DNA from: an uncultured Clostridia bacterium
GTDB lineage: Bacteria; Bacillota; Clostridia; Oscillospirales; CAG-272
DNA: 43,262 nt
Assembly (NCBI GenBank): GCA_947625265.1
Contig: CANQNM010000003.1
Coordinates: 1-43,262, forward strand
Direction of reading: 5' to 3'
Both the position numbers and the translations under genes were made by a program. A model generated the notes under the pieces. It was not told the origin of the DNA. It did no database searches and saw nothing but the letters and a program-made list of their open reading frames with translations. Shown here one piece after another: positions 8,849-18,771 of the stretch. The first letter of the stretch is position 1, and the number at the start of each line of letters is the position of its first letter.

Positions 8849-10660
8849 TTACGCTGCTTTTTCGGACGCCCTGCCGATCTTTGAGGAAACCGTTTCGGCA
8901 ATCAGGGCCATACCCGCGGCGTTGGGGTGCAAGCGGTCCACCGTATAGGTTGAAATATTGGTGGCGTCGATACCGCATGCGTCGTACAGGTCAATAAGTT
9001 CTGCGCCCATATTCCGGGCAATGGTACGTATGGCACCGTTATACTCCTCAATGCTTGCGCCGATGCCGTTGGTGTCCCCCGAAAAGCGCTTTCTGTCGGG
9101 CAGGAACGTACAGCAATAGATCTCAGCATTCTCATACTCTTGCATCATATTGTAGAGCATTCTGCCGTATGCCTCGCTAAAGGTCGATGGACTTGTCGGG
9201 GGAACGGCACCCCCATCATAAGTCCCTACCGCGGTGTTGGCGGCAAAATCGTTGACCCCCATAAAAATCACGATGACGTCCGGTTCCTTGCCTTTGTTGT
9301 TATGCAGGTTTCTTGCGCGCACATTGTAGGTTTGGGAATCTTTTACCACCGACCCGGAGTAAGAATTGTTGACACAAATTTCGTAGCCAAGCTGCTTGGC
9401 AACCCTATACCACCAGGTGTCCGTTACCGCCATATCGGCACCCGCATAATTGCCGTTGGGAAACCACACGGCGTTGTTCCCAATAGTGCCATTGTACGAG
9501 GTGTTGTTGGACCACCCCGAATAGGTTGAAATGCTGTCCCCCAAAAAGGAGATCATAGGAGAATTTTTGTTGTTATCAGGATCATCAGGGTTTTGCCCGT
9601 CCCGACTGTAGCCGACGATCTTCAACACCAACGAGTGATTGTTCTGCCCCTTTGACCCGAAAATTCTGTTCCAGAATCCGTAGCGGCCGTCGTTGCGCAA
9701 AAATCCGGGGAGAACCGCCATATCCGCGTCTCCGAACGCCAACGTCTCTCCTTCCTCCAATTCAATATGCAGATCTTTCACCGTCAGCCAGTCTCCCTGC
9801 TTCACACCGCTCAGCTTGCCGGTGAAATCCAGAAGTATTTTCTTCCCGTTCTCAACAGTGCATTGGGACTTTGAAGTAGTAAAGTCGCTCTTCACTACAT
9901 AAACCGGCATATACAGATTGGCGGAAGAGACGGTGTAGCCGCTTGCAAGTCCGTAAAAGGGAAAGGAAATCTCTGTAATCACACTGTTTGAGAAAAGAGA
10001 GGTATCGTACAGAGCGAAAGGCGCGTAGTCCGGCAAAAACGGCGATGAACCCGAAAGATCGGAACTGTCGAAAAGAGCTGCGGAGATGATGCATTTCCCG
10101 CCTTCAAAGGTCACTTTGTAGTTGGCGTTTTCGCACACACCCGTCACCTGTTTGATTCCTCCTGTGCCGGCGTCGAGCGAAAGACTGATTTTTGGATCGT
10201 CTCCCGGCAAAAATCCCTCTGTCTTGTAAGTCAATTCATAGGTATCCCCCAGGGTGAACTCCAAATCGTCAATGAGCACACGGGCGTTCTTGGGACGGAT
10301 CTCCAATTTTGCCTCAAGATCCGACAGAGTCTTCCCGCCGTAGGACAACCGCGCTTTGACAGTATATTCCCCAGCATCGGTTTGTCCGTTGTTTTCATAG
10401 GAAACCGTCACGCCGTTCGGCAGATCGTATACCTCAAGCGCGTGACTTTGCCCGTCGTATTCAAAAGCAGCGTCCTCAAATTTCACCCCTGAAATGTCCG
10501 GAATCTCCCCCGGCAAAGAATTCTGCGACTGCACGGAAGAGTCGTTCAGGGACGGGCTTTCCCCTGCTCCAGAGTTCTGCTTCTTCTCTGTGCAGCCTGA
10601 AAAAAGCACTGTGCATGACAGCAAAAGCGTCAATACCGAAAACCAAACAATCTTTTTCAT
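8849..10660 (-). CDS. Lipoprotein with MBG/Ig-like repeats and C-terminal SGNH/GDSL hydrolase
   Basis: Signal peptide with lipobox LFSGC; YDGQ..GVTVSYENNGQTDAGEYTV repeat-like domain; GDSIS, MGVND and DRLHP catalytic blocks. RBS AAAGGA before ATG 10660. Confidence 0.85.
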   Translation of the reverse strand: MKKIVWFSVLTLLLSCTVLFSGCTEKKQNSGAGESPSLNDSSVQSQNSLPGEIPDISGVKFEDAAFEYDGQSHALEVYDLPNGVTVSYENNGQTDAGEYTVKARLSYGGKTLSDLEAKLEIRPKNARVLIDDLEFTLGDTYELTYKTEGFLPGDDPKISLSLDAGTGGIKQVTGVCENANYKVTFEGGKCIISAALFDSSDLSGSSPFLPDYAPFALYDTSLFSNSVITEISFPFYGLASGYTVSSANLYMPVYVVKSDFTTSKSQCTVENGKKILLDFTGKLSGVKQGDWLTVKDLHIELEEGETLAFGDADMAVLPGFLRNDGRYGFWNRIFGSKGQNNHSLVLKIVGYSRDGQNPDDPDNNKNSPMISFLGDSISTYSGWSNNTSYNGTIGNNAVWFPNGNYAGADMAVTDTWWYRVAKQLGYEICVNNSYSGSVVKDSQTYNVRARNLHNNKGKEPDVIVIFMGVNDFAANTAVGTYDGGAVPPTSPSTFSEAYGRMLYNMMQEYENAEIYCCTFLPDRKRFSGDTNGIGASIEEYNGAIRTIARNMGAELIDLYDACGIDATNISTYTVDRLHPNAAGMALIAETVSSKIGRASEKAA

Positions 10661-10701
10661 AAAAAACATTCCTTTCAAAAATATCTTATAACGAAAAGTA
10701 T

Positions 10702-11271
10702 TTAAAACAATCCGTATATGATTATACCAAGCGCCGCAGAAAAGAGGATCATCCCCACGGGCGGAGGTTTTTTCTTCAGTTTCACCAAGATCAGATGGGT
10801 AAGAACCAAAACAAGAAATATGGCTACTCCTCGCCAATCGGGTGAAAATTCCCCTATTTTTTCTATTCCAAAAAGTTGTGAAAGCGCCATGGAGAGCCCC
10901 GTTGCCGCGATAAGTCCCACCACGCACGGACGCACGCCCAAAAGAATTCCCTGCACTGCCGAATATTTCAGAAAGTTGCGCAAAAGGGCGGCGATTGCCA
11001 AAATAACCGTAAACGACGGCACAATCACGCCAATCGTCGCGAAAAGCGCTCCCGCGAACCCTCCCTCATGAGAACCTACAAAAGTGGCCATATTGATAGC
11101 CAAAGGTCCGGGTGTGGATTCGGACACGGCGACAAAGGAGAGAAATTCCTCTTCCGTCAGCCAACCGTGCGAGAGAACCTCTTCCCTCATGAGCGAGATC
11201 ATTCCGTACCCCCCACCGAAGGAAAATCCGCCGATTTTCACGAAGGTGAGAAAGAGAACCAGCAATTTCAC
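10702..11271 (-). CDS. Short-chain chromate transporter (CHR family), subunit 2
   Basis: FSFGGGY and ESTPGP motifs; hydrophobic; GTGA overlap with the partner gene. Confidence 0.88.
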   Translation of the reverse strand: MKLLVLFLTFVKIGGFSFGGGYGMISLMREEVLSHGWLTEEEFLSFVAVSESTPGPLAINMATFVGSHEGGFAGALFATIGVIVPSFTVILAIAALLRNFLKYSAVQGILLGVRPCVVGLIAATGLSMALSQLFGIEKIGEFSPDWRGVAIFLVLVLTHLILVKLKKKPPPVGMILFSAALGIIIYGLF

Positions 11272-11864
11272 TTTTTTTCACGCGCCTTTCTTCTCACCGT
11301 GCAGAAAACCAAACCGGCGGCGCCCGCCGCAAGGATGCACAAAACGGTGGAAAAATTCGAGGCAAACAGTGAAGCACACAGCATTCCCGCCACAACCAAC
11401 CCAAAAACAGTCATCGAAAACGGCGTCTTTTCAAGTTCCTTAAAAAGCGTTACCGCCGTCCGGAGAATGAGATACAACACGCAAACGCGGATGCCCGAGA
11501 AGGCATAGGCCACGGCGCGCAGCCTGAGAAACCGGTCGAAGAAAAGCGAAACGGCGAAAATGATGACAAAGGAGGGCAGACATACGCCGAACGTTGCCGC
11601 AAGCGCGCCCCATACCCCGGCGATCTTGTATCCCACATAGGTTCCGCTGTTTACCGCAACCGGACCGGGCGTCGATTCCGCCACCGCGATCATGTCCAAA
11701 AACTCCTCTCTTTGCAGCCACTGCTTCTTCTCTACCAATTCATTTTGAAGGAGAGCAAGCATGGCGTATCCGCCGCCAAATGTGAACAAACCGATCTTCA
11801 GCATCGCGCAAAAAAGGGGAAAAATCATTCTTTTGTCTGTTCCAGCCGTTTTCTTACGGTTCAT
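11268..11864 (-). CDS. Short-chain chromate transporter (CHR family), subunit 1
   Basis: FTFGGGY and ESTPGP motifs; paired with its paralogue. Start codon uncertain. Confidence 0.88.
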   Translation of the reverse strand: MNRKKTAGTDKRMIFPLFCAMLKIGLFTFGGGYAMLALLQNELVEKKQWLQREEFLDMIAVAESTPGPVAVNSGTYVGYKIAGVWGALAATFGVCLPSFVIIFAVSLFFDRFLRLRAVAYAFSGIRVCVLYLILRTAVTLFKELEKTPFSMTVFGLVVAGMLCASLFASNFSTVLCILAAGAAGLVFCTVRRKAREKK

Positions 11865-11984
11865 TTGTGTTCAACCGCGCGCATCCGCCCATTCCTTCCC
11901 AAAAATTTTCAAGAATTTTTTTAAATTTGCGATTCCTACATGACAAAATCACTGTTTCTACTTTCGGTTTTTCATTTTTCATTT

Positions 11985-12013
11985 ATTGTATACCTAAAAA
12001 GAGAATTTGTCAA
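11985..12013 (-). promoter_or_regulatory. sigmaA promoter of CHR pair
   Basis: TTGACA-17 bp-TACAAT on the minus strand. Confidence 0.7.
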
Positions 12014-12123
12014 CTTGTATTTCTTCGCTTACCCTTCAACTTCAATTTTCAGTCTGTAACTCCATGTTTATTTCTCAAGTTTCTTATCCCAAAGGCAAAC
12101 GGCAAAAATATTTGATTTGACTG

Positions 12124-12152
12124 TTTACAAACCATTTTTTTCGTGCTAAAAT
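12124..12152 (+). promoter_or_regulatory. sigmaA promoter of DUF4317-like gene
   Basis: TTTACA-17 bp-TAAAAT with extended TG. Confidence 0.55.
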
Positions 12153-12229
12153 ATCCCCCGCCAATCAGTCGGCCATACCATTGAAATACCATTGAAGGCC
12201 GACTGAAAAACAAAGAAGGAAGGAAAACC

Positions 12230-13381
12230 ATGATCGACAAAGAACTGTCCGAAATCAAAAAAACACTGTCCGTCAAAAAAGCCGCCGCAACCTCCGTAAA
12301 AGGATGCTACATCAACGCCGAGGGAAGAATTATCACCACCTTTGAACGCTCCTTCGGACTTATTGAAGAAGCCGAGATTGAAAAATATCTCGCCATTTTC
12401 AAAAGAACCCTCTCCGGCGGGCTGCAAAAGAATCTCATTGACATTGCCTTCTCCCCCGAGCAGGTCTCAGAGGGAGAGGAATATAAACTTCTGAACACCC
12501 TGAAAAAAAGTTCCCTTGAGGACGGGGAAGCGTTGTCCACCTTCTATGAAAAAATCGCTTCCACTGTGAAATCCAAGGACAACTATGCGGTCCTGTTGCT
12601 CTTCAACAGTTACGACGTCCCATTTAAGGGCAGAAACGATGCGCTGGCGGCTGATATCCATGAGGACGGCGGCTTGGGGGAAGTGTACTCCTACATTCTC
12701 TGTGCGCTTTGTCCTGTAAAAGCCGGGAAATCAGCGCTTTGTTATGATCCGATAGAAAAAACCTTTACAAATTCCCGAGGAGAGGGAACCGTCTGCGCTC
12801 CCACCCTTGGATTTCTTTTCCCCGCCTTTGACGGGAGACAAACCAATATTCACAACGCTCTCTTCTACACCAGGAGCACCGAGGAACTGTCCGAGGAATT
12901 TCTTTCGGCAATATTCGGAAAAACGCCGCTTCCTATGCCGGCAGCGGAACAGTTTCGCTCGTTCCGCACGGTTCTTGCCGAAACTCTCGAAGAGGAATGC
13001 AGCCTCCACATGGCGAAGGAGGTTCGCCGCAAGATCTGTGAAAGAATGGAGGAGCATAAGGACAGCCGCGACCCCGAACCTCTCGCGTTAAGCAAAAAAG
13101 AAGTGCGCGACATGCTGTTGGACTGCGGCGTGGCCGATGAAAAAATGGAAAATTTCTCTAAGAACTACAATGATTCCTTTGGTCCGGCAGCCGATCTTAC
13201 ACCTAAAAATATCGTGGATCCCAAACACTTCGAACTGCGCACTCCGGAGGTACTCATCAAAGTTTCACCCGGACATGACGAACTCATCGACACCAAAATC
13301 ATCGACGGAGTAAAATATATTCTGGTACGCGCCGACGGCGACGTGGAGTTCAACGGACTGTCCGTAAAAATTCGCAGCTGA
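12230..13381 (+). CDS. DUF4317-like conserved hypothetical protein
   Basis: Recognised pattern (GCYIN..YLAIFKRTLSG..KNLIDI..YDVP..YILCALCPV..GFLFPAF..R..NIH..LFY); strong RBS AAGGAAGG. Confidence 0.75.
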   Translation: MIDKELSEIKKTLSVKKAAATSVKGCYINAEGRIITTFERSFGLIEEAEIEKYLAIFKRTLSGGLQKNLIDIAFSPEQVSEGEEYKLLNTLKKSSLEDGEALSTFYEKIASTVKSKDNYAVLLLFNSYDVPFKGRNDALAADIHEDGGLGEVYSYILCALCPVKAGKSALCYDPIEKTFTNSRGEGTVCAPTLGFLFPAFDGRQTNIHNALFYTRSTEELSEEFLSAIFGKTPLPMPAAEQFRSFRTVLAETLEEECSLHMAKEVRRKICERMEEHKDSRDPEPLALSKKEVRDMLLDCGVADEKMENFSKNYNDSFGPAADLTPKNIVDPKHFELRTPEVLIKVSPGHDELIDTKIIDGVKYILVRADGDVEFNGLSVKIRS

Positions 13382-13389
13382 CGCTCTTT

Positions 13390-13437
13390 AAAAACAGACG
13401 GCGGGATGTTTCAAACACGCCCGCCGTCTGCTTTTTC
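13390..13437. terminator. Bidirectional intrinsic terminator
   Basis: Stem CAGACGGCGGG/CCCGCCGTCTG flanked by an A run and a T run, between convergent genes. Confidence 0.75.
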
Positions 13438-13499
13438 ATTGTTGGTTGCCGTTTCGCATTTTGACACGCCTCTGCCATGCTTCGTCTGTCTGTTCGCCT

Positions 13500-13727
13500 T
13501 TACCTGCTCAGCCACTCCTCGGCTTTGGCCTTGGAAAGTGCTTTGATATCTTCCTTTTTGTATGGCGAGGCCTCGCCGCCATTGACATAGAGGAAATACA
13601 GCCCCTTTTCGGTCTGATAAAGACTCTCCTCGTACCCATCAGCGTCGCCAAAATTTCCGTATGTTGCTTTTTTTACAAGCGTCGCGTTTTCAGTATCGTA
13701 TTCTCTTCTGCAAATGATTTTTTTCAT
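13500..13727 (-). CDS. Small hypothetical protein (75 aa)
   Basis: Strong RBS AAGGAAGG, its own consensus promoter, a downstream terminator and protein-like composition (MKKII..YDTE.A..EESLYQTEKGLYFLY..GG). Confidence 0.75.
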   Translation of the reverse strand: MKKIICRREYDTENATLVKKATYGNFGDADGYEESLYQTEKGLYFLYVNGGEASPYKKEDIKALSKAKAEEWLSR

Positions 13728-13789
13728 GGATTTTCCTTCCTTGGATTTTTGTCTTGATGTTCGAATGTAAGATGCGATTCATCCCATGG

Positions 13790-13818
13790 AGTATAGCATA
13801 CTTTTTCCCGGCTTTCAA
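13790..13818 (-). promoter_or_regulatory. sigmaA promoter of 75-aa gene
   Basis: TTGAAA-17 bp-TATACT with extended TG. Confidence 0.7.
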
Positions 13819-13943
13819 TAGTTTTTCCCGTCAAAATTCAGGCAAAAGTCGCTGTTTTGCATAAAATTTCAACAGTTTTCAGTTATGGAGATCGTTTCAA
13901 GGAGATTGAAGCCGAATTTTTTCAAAAACGGCTTTTTTATTCT

Positions 13944-13983
13944 AAAAAAGCCTCTCGCGGTTTTTTCGCCGCGGGAGGCTTTC
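13944..13983 (-). terminator. Intrinsic terminator after oxidoreductase
   Basis: Minus-strand stem AGCCTCCCGCGG/CCGCGAGAGGCT followed by a T run. Confidence 0.7.
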
Positions 13984-14096
13984 AAGCACAGTGTTTTTCG
14001 GCGTCAACGCACAGTTCCCGCCCCTTTTCAACCCTTCAAAGAATGGCGTTGGGACGAAAGGCGGACAGCCTGAAACATTCCACCGGAATATCGCCG

Positions 14097-15236
14097 TCAA
14101 ATTTCGGGAATCTCAATGTCAATCTCTTTGCCCAGACGCGCGGATTTCACAATGCTGTCAATGATAATCTGGTTATAGAAGATCTGCGATGTGGGCACGG
14201 GAGCTGTTCCGCCGTTCCTCACCGCGTCAAGGAAGGAGCGCACTTTCTGGTAGAACAAACCGTTCTTTACCGGACCGCACAAGGGGATGACAGTCTCGGT
14301 CTGCTTGCCTGCCACATCATGGTAGAGTGTCATCGGACCGCCTACCGAACCGTTCCAGCATTCGGTGGAGGGAATACGCAATGCACCTTTTGTGCCGAGG
14401 ATCACGGTGTCCCCGGGGGTATTGAGGTGCATCGCCCAGGAAATGCGGAAGTCCAGAATGATTCCGCCCTCCAAACGGACGAAAGCGGCGGCAAAATCCT
14501 CCACATTGAATCTGGCAGCGTCCGCCGGATTGTTGTAGAGAGGATTGGGGCCGAAATAGGAGGAAATATATCCCGACGCCGTCAAGGGCTTGGGATAGCC
14601 AATGGCGTTCAGCACCATATCCAGGGAATAGCATCCGATGTCTCCCAACGCTCCAATGCCTGCGGTTTTATCCTCAATGAAGGTGCTGTTGGGAATTCCT
14701 CTTCGCCGTCCACCGCCGGTCTGGATGTAGTATATATTCCCCAGTTCACCCGATTCGACGATTTTTTTGATCATTTTCATATTGTTGTCCATTCGGGGCT
14801 GAAAACCTACCGAGAGAATCTTCCCGCTTCTTTTCTCCGCCCGAATGATCTCCACGGCCTCTTCGGTCGTCACGCACATCGGTTTTTCCAAAAGAACGTT
14901 CACACCCTTGTCCAGCGCATAGATGGTCGGCTCGGCATGCTGGCGGTTATAAGTGCAAACCGATACCGCATCCAGTTCCTCGTTGTCCAGCATCTCCTTG
15001 TGGCTGGGATAGCAACGCACGCCCTCCACGCCGTATCTTTTAAAGAATTTTTCGGCTTTTCCGGGGATCAGATCGGCGCCAGCCACGATCTCCACGTCCT
15101 CCATTTGCTTCAAACTCTCTATATGCGCTTCGGCAATCCAGCCCGTGCCGATGATGCCCACTTTGAGTTTTCTGCCGTCGTTCTTTTTCTCCTCGACGGT
15201 CTGCTGTGTAAATTGGTTAAGAACCGAATCAGACAT
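14097..15236 (-). CDS. Gfo/Idh/MocA family oxidoreductase
   Basis: GIIGTGWIA Rossmann motif, LLEKPM, GALGDIGCY. Confidence 0.92.
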   Translation of the reverse strand: MSDSVLNQFTQQTVEEKKNDGRKLKVGIIGTGWIAEAHIESLKQMEDVEIVAGADLIPGKAEKFFKRYGVEGVRCYPSHKEMLDNEELDAVSVCTYNRQHAEPTIYALDKGVNVLLEKPMCVTTEEAVEIIRAEKRSGKILSVGFQPRMDNNMKMIKKIVESGELGNIYYIQTGGGRRRGIPNSTFIEDKTAGIGALGDIGCYSLDMVLNAIGYPKPLTASGYISSYFGPNPLYNNPADAARFNVEDFAAAFVRLEGGIILDFRISWAMHLNTPGDTVILGTKGALRIPSTECWNGSVGGPMTLYHDVAGKQTETVIPLCGPVKNGLFYQKVRSFLDAVRNGGTAPVPTSQIFYNQIIIDSIVKSARLGKEIDIEIPEI

Positions 15237-15321
15237 TGTTTTTTCCTCTCAAACTTTTTTCAAATTTTGTATTTTGTGACCGTTCTTTTCAAAATCGAAG
15301 GAGAGCGGTCATGACGGAAAT

Positions 15322-16152
15322 TTAAGACCAAAGGCTTTTCAGATATCCGATACTCATCGCGGCGCATTCCAAACTGGTTTTCCCAAGGGACGGATCGTCC
15401 TGCTCCACAACCAGCCAAACGCTTCCCGCCTCCTCCGAAGCTCTGAGAATCTCCGGGATGTTCTGTGCGCCATACCCTACAGGACGGAAAGAAAAGGCGT
15501 CGCTGTCACCCTTGTTCTGCTCCTCTTTCATGCCGATCAGTGCGTACAAATGCGCCGGTTTCTTTCCCGGCATGACGAAGTCCTTTAAATGCACCACCGG
15601 AATCCTGCCGCTGTACTTCCGGACATACGCCGCGGGATCCTCCCCCGCCACATTCACCCAGCAGGTGTCAATTTCTGCCGTGAGAAGATCCGCCGGAATC
15701 TGATCGTAAAGATCGTCAAACCCGTATTTTCCGTTTTCCAGTCTTACAAATTCAAAATCATGATTATGGTACATCATCTGAAGTCCGTACTCCTTGGACT
15801 TTTTGGCGAGCATCCTCACGTTTTCGACTGTAGCGCCGTAGTTCTCTTTGCCCGGGCGATCCTTGCCGCCTAAGTATGGCACCGCGATATAGGAGCAGCC
15901 GATCTCCTTGTACGTCGCAAAGGTTTTATCAGGATCCTCCAGCATCTCTCCCAGCGGTACATGGGCAGAAATCGGGTTCAAATGATATTGAAGGCACAAC
16001 TCACGCACCTGCTCGGCACTTTTGGAGAAAAGACCGGCGAATTCCACGCCGTCGTATCCCATCTTTGCCACACTGTCCAAAGTTCCCTCGAAATCCTTCG
16101 CCATCTGATCCCTTACCGAATACAACTGCAACGCCACCGGAAATTTTTTCAA
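15322..16152 (-). CDS. Sugar phosphate isomerase/epimerase (xylose-isomerase-like TIM barrel)
   Basis: ALQLYSVRD, YHNHDFEF, EIDTCW, HLKD and VEQD motifs. TTG 16152 fits RBS spacing best (GTG 16161 alternative). Confidence 0.9.
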   Translation of the reverse strand: MKKFPVALQLYSVRDQMAKDFEGTLDSVAKMGYDGVEFAGLFSKSAEQVRELCLQYHLNPISAHVPLGEMLEDPDKTFATYKEIGCSYIAVPYLGGKDRPGKENYGATVENVRMLAKKSKEYGLQMMYHNHDFEFVRLENGKYGFDDLYDQIPADLLTAEIDTCWVNVAGEDPAAYVRKYSGRIPVVHLKDFVMPGKKPAHLYALIGMKEEQNKGDSDAFSFRPVGYGAQNIPEILRASEEAGSVWLVVEQDDPSLGKTSLECAAMSIGYLKSLWS

Positions 16153-16354
16153 AAAAATCACTCTCCTTTTTTCGGATTGACCCCGTTTTTAAAGAACCGT
16201 CCGTCCTTTCAGGTTCAGACGCTGAATTTTGGCAGCACGATGCGCCGACAGAGAACGGTTCGGATATGTCGGGGATCCAGCGCGGACCTTTTCTCGAAAC
16301 AGACCGTGCTGTCAACCATTGGCATGAACCGTGCGACGGTGCTCTGGAAAACAG

Positions 16355-16434
16355 GACAATTTTCATGATCTCCTCTTGCATTATAAGACAATTTGTGGTA
16401 CAATGAAAGACAACAAATGGTTTTTTATAGACAA
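16355..16434. promoter_or_regulatory. Divergent promoter region with phased GACAA direct repeats
   Basis: Plus-strand TTGCAT-17 bp-TACAAT (16376-16404); minus-strand TATAAT (16380-16385); GACAA at 16355, 16387, 16409 and 16430. Confidence 0.55.
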
Positions 16435-16586
16435 ATATTGCTGTTTTTCAAAATTCAAAATTTTCAGAAGACCGATTCTACTCTTCCGACGTTAAGGGAG
16501 TTCCGAGAAAAACCGGCAAGTACACGGATCCACTTCATTTCGAAACATCCGTTGGAAAAAACCATGTAGCAAAGGGAGAAACCGAC

Positions 16587-17398
16587 ATGCCTGCGTATGA
16601 GAATCACGGAAATATCCTGCGCTGCACCAGAGGCAGCCGCCTGCACTATTTCGCCCATCGGCACCGGGAAATCGAACTGGTTCTCATGCTTGAGGGAACT
16701 TCCACCGTGGTCGTTGACGGAACATCCCACAAAATTTCAGCGGGAAACGCCCTGATCGTCTTTCCGAATCAACTTCACCAATATATTTCCACCGAAAAAG
16801 AGAATTACATCCTCATCCTGATTCCTGCCAACATCTACGGGGACTATGAGGACAGCATCAACGGACACCGACCGCTGAATCCCGTCATCAAAGGCGGCGC
16901 CCAGGACGGGCAGGTACTCACGCTCGTGAAAATGTGTCTTGAAAACTCCTCACACTATGCCTATCAACGGCATAAATGTCTTATCGGGGCCATTCTCGGT
17001 ATCCTTCTGGAGCATCTGCCACTCACTGAGGCGGTGACGGGAACAATGCCGTGGAAAGAATTCTCTCCTACTGTGAGCAGCATTTTCTTGAGGAAATCTC
17101 CCTTGAGAGTATGGCAAAGGAACTTTTTTTGGGAAAATTCTACATTTCCCATCTTTTCAACAATCAACTCAACACCAGTTTCAGCAATTATATCAACGCT
17201 CTGCGCATTGAAAAAGCAGTCAAATTGCTCACCGCCACCAAACTTTCCATCACGGACGTCTGCTTTTCCTCGGGTTTTACATGCACGCGGACATTCAACA
17301 GGGTTTTTGTCAAACGCATTGGCGTTCCTCCAAGGAAATACCGGGCATACCAGCAGGCGGAGTTCGAATCTCATCTTGAAAAGGAATCAAAGGCATGA
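16587..17398 (+). pseudogene. AraC-family regulator split by a frameshift near 17030-17045
   Basis: Cupin domain (HRHREIEL..IVFPNQLH) lies in one frame and the AraC double HTH (YISHLF..YINALRIEKA..SITDVCFSSGF..TFNRVFVKRIGVPP) in another. One inserted base restores a full-length gene. Confidence 0.8.
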
Positions 17399-18111
17399 AC
17401 GCAGGCAAAAACGAAACGCTGACCCTAACGCCCATCGCCCACATCGAGACAGACTTTGAGGAGAAATTCGGCGTACCCAGACAGAGCGGAAGAGTGGAAG
17501 AGTTGCGCGGAACTTTGATTTTTGAAAAGGAATACGCGGTCAACGAAGCTCTCAGGGGCATTGAACGCTATTCCCACCTGTGGCTTCTGTGGGGATTCTC
17601 CCTTTGTCGCCGGAGAATATGGTCCCCCACTGTCCGCCCGCCGCGGTTAGGCGGAAACAGACGCGTAGGCGTTTTCGCCACACGTTCCCCCAACCGTCCC
17701 AATCCCGTGGGGCTGTCTCTGGTCAGACTGCTTTCGGTAAACTCCGGAAAAAACGGACCGGAACTTCTTTTGGGCGGCGCAGACCTGGTCTCCGGCACAC
17801 CCATCTACGACATCAAGCCCTACCTTCCCTTTTCCGACTGCGCTCCGGATGCCGTCGGAGGGTTCGCGTCGGATTTTGAGGACTACGGACTGGACGTGGA
17901 GATTCCAGAAGAACTTCTTTCCAAACTCCCTGTCGAAAAACGCAAAGCACTCTGGGGAATTCTTCACGAGGATCCCAGACCTGCCTACCAGCACGACGGC
18001 AGAACCTATGGATTGTCTTTTGCCGGGTACAGCATCTTCTTTTCGGTAGATCGCGAAAACATCCTGCATGTCACCGAAATACGTGAGAGAGAAAAGAGCA
18101 AGGGAAGGTAA
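17395..18111 (+). CDS. trmO: tRNA (t6A37-N6)-methyltransferase TrmO/TsaA
   Basis: KFGVPRQSG, TVRPPRLGG, GVFATRSPNRPNP, DLVSGTPIYDIKPY and DPRPAY motifs. Confidence 0.92.
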   Translation: MNAGKNETLTLTPIAHIETDFEEKFGVPRQSGRVEELRGTLIFEKEYAVNEALRGIERYSHLWLLWGFSLCRRRIWSPTVRPPRLGGNRRVGVFATRSPNRPNPVGLSLVRLLSVNSGKNGPELLLGGADLVSGTPIYDIKPYLPFSDCAPDAVGGFASDFEDYGLDVEIPEELLSKLPVEKRKALWGILHEDPRPAYQHDGRTYGLSFAGYSIFFSVDRENILHVTEIREREKSKGR

Positions 18112-18771
18112 GAAGCGCCTTCGTTTTACAGACGCCAACATTGCCTGAAACTCTACCGGCACATTCACGCCGTCAAAGCCATGCGTCCTCTCGTAAAAAC
18201 CAGATTCAAAAAAAGAATAGTTTTCTTTAAGGAATTCCTTTAGAAAAGAACTGCCGAAGGCAAAACCGTTTTTCGAACAACATTTTTTCATGGTTTGAGG
18301 GCTGCGGTATTTACGGTAAAAAGCGTACCTATACTGCAAAGGGACGCCGACATGGGACGCCGTCCGATCATTCCCGACAAGACAAAACGAAACGACCGGC
18401 AAGAAGCGTGTACTCTCCTTCGGTTCACTCCTGAAATTTATGAAACCAACGTCCGCAGGGGCGCGCAAAAGGGAACGTACCCCTCCGAAATTCCGAACCT
18501 TGCCGTCTTTCAATGGCTGAGTTCGAAAATGGATTTTGGAAAAGGAGCCGTACCGTCCGCTCCAGAAGAAAGACTGTAGCGAAAATTTTAAAAAATCCTG
18601 AAACCTGCGGACGTCCGTTTCGCTGTCCCGGCGATGGCCCGCAACGCGCTTTTTACACCGACTGCCGTTCTTACCGTTGACATAGAGAACCGTTTTAAAA
18701 GTTGAGATTCAATCTCATATAACATTATTTCCAAGAAAAGAGGCCCCATTGTTGGGGGAATAGCATGAGAA

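Noticed and set aside
13857-15314. 485-aa plus-strand ORF (likewise 26839-28116, 34605-35888 and 37937-39103)
   Set aside because: Antisense shadows of clearly identified genes, expected from codon bias at this GC content.
18295-18579. 94-aa ORF in the trmO-ABC intergenic region
   Set aside because: No RBS, non-ATG start and no recognisable motifs.
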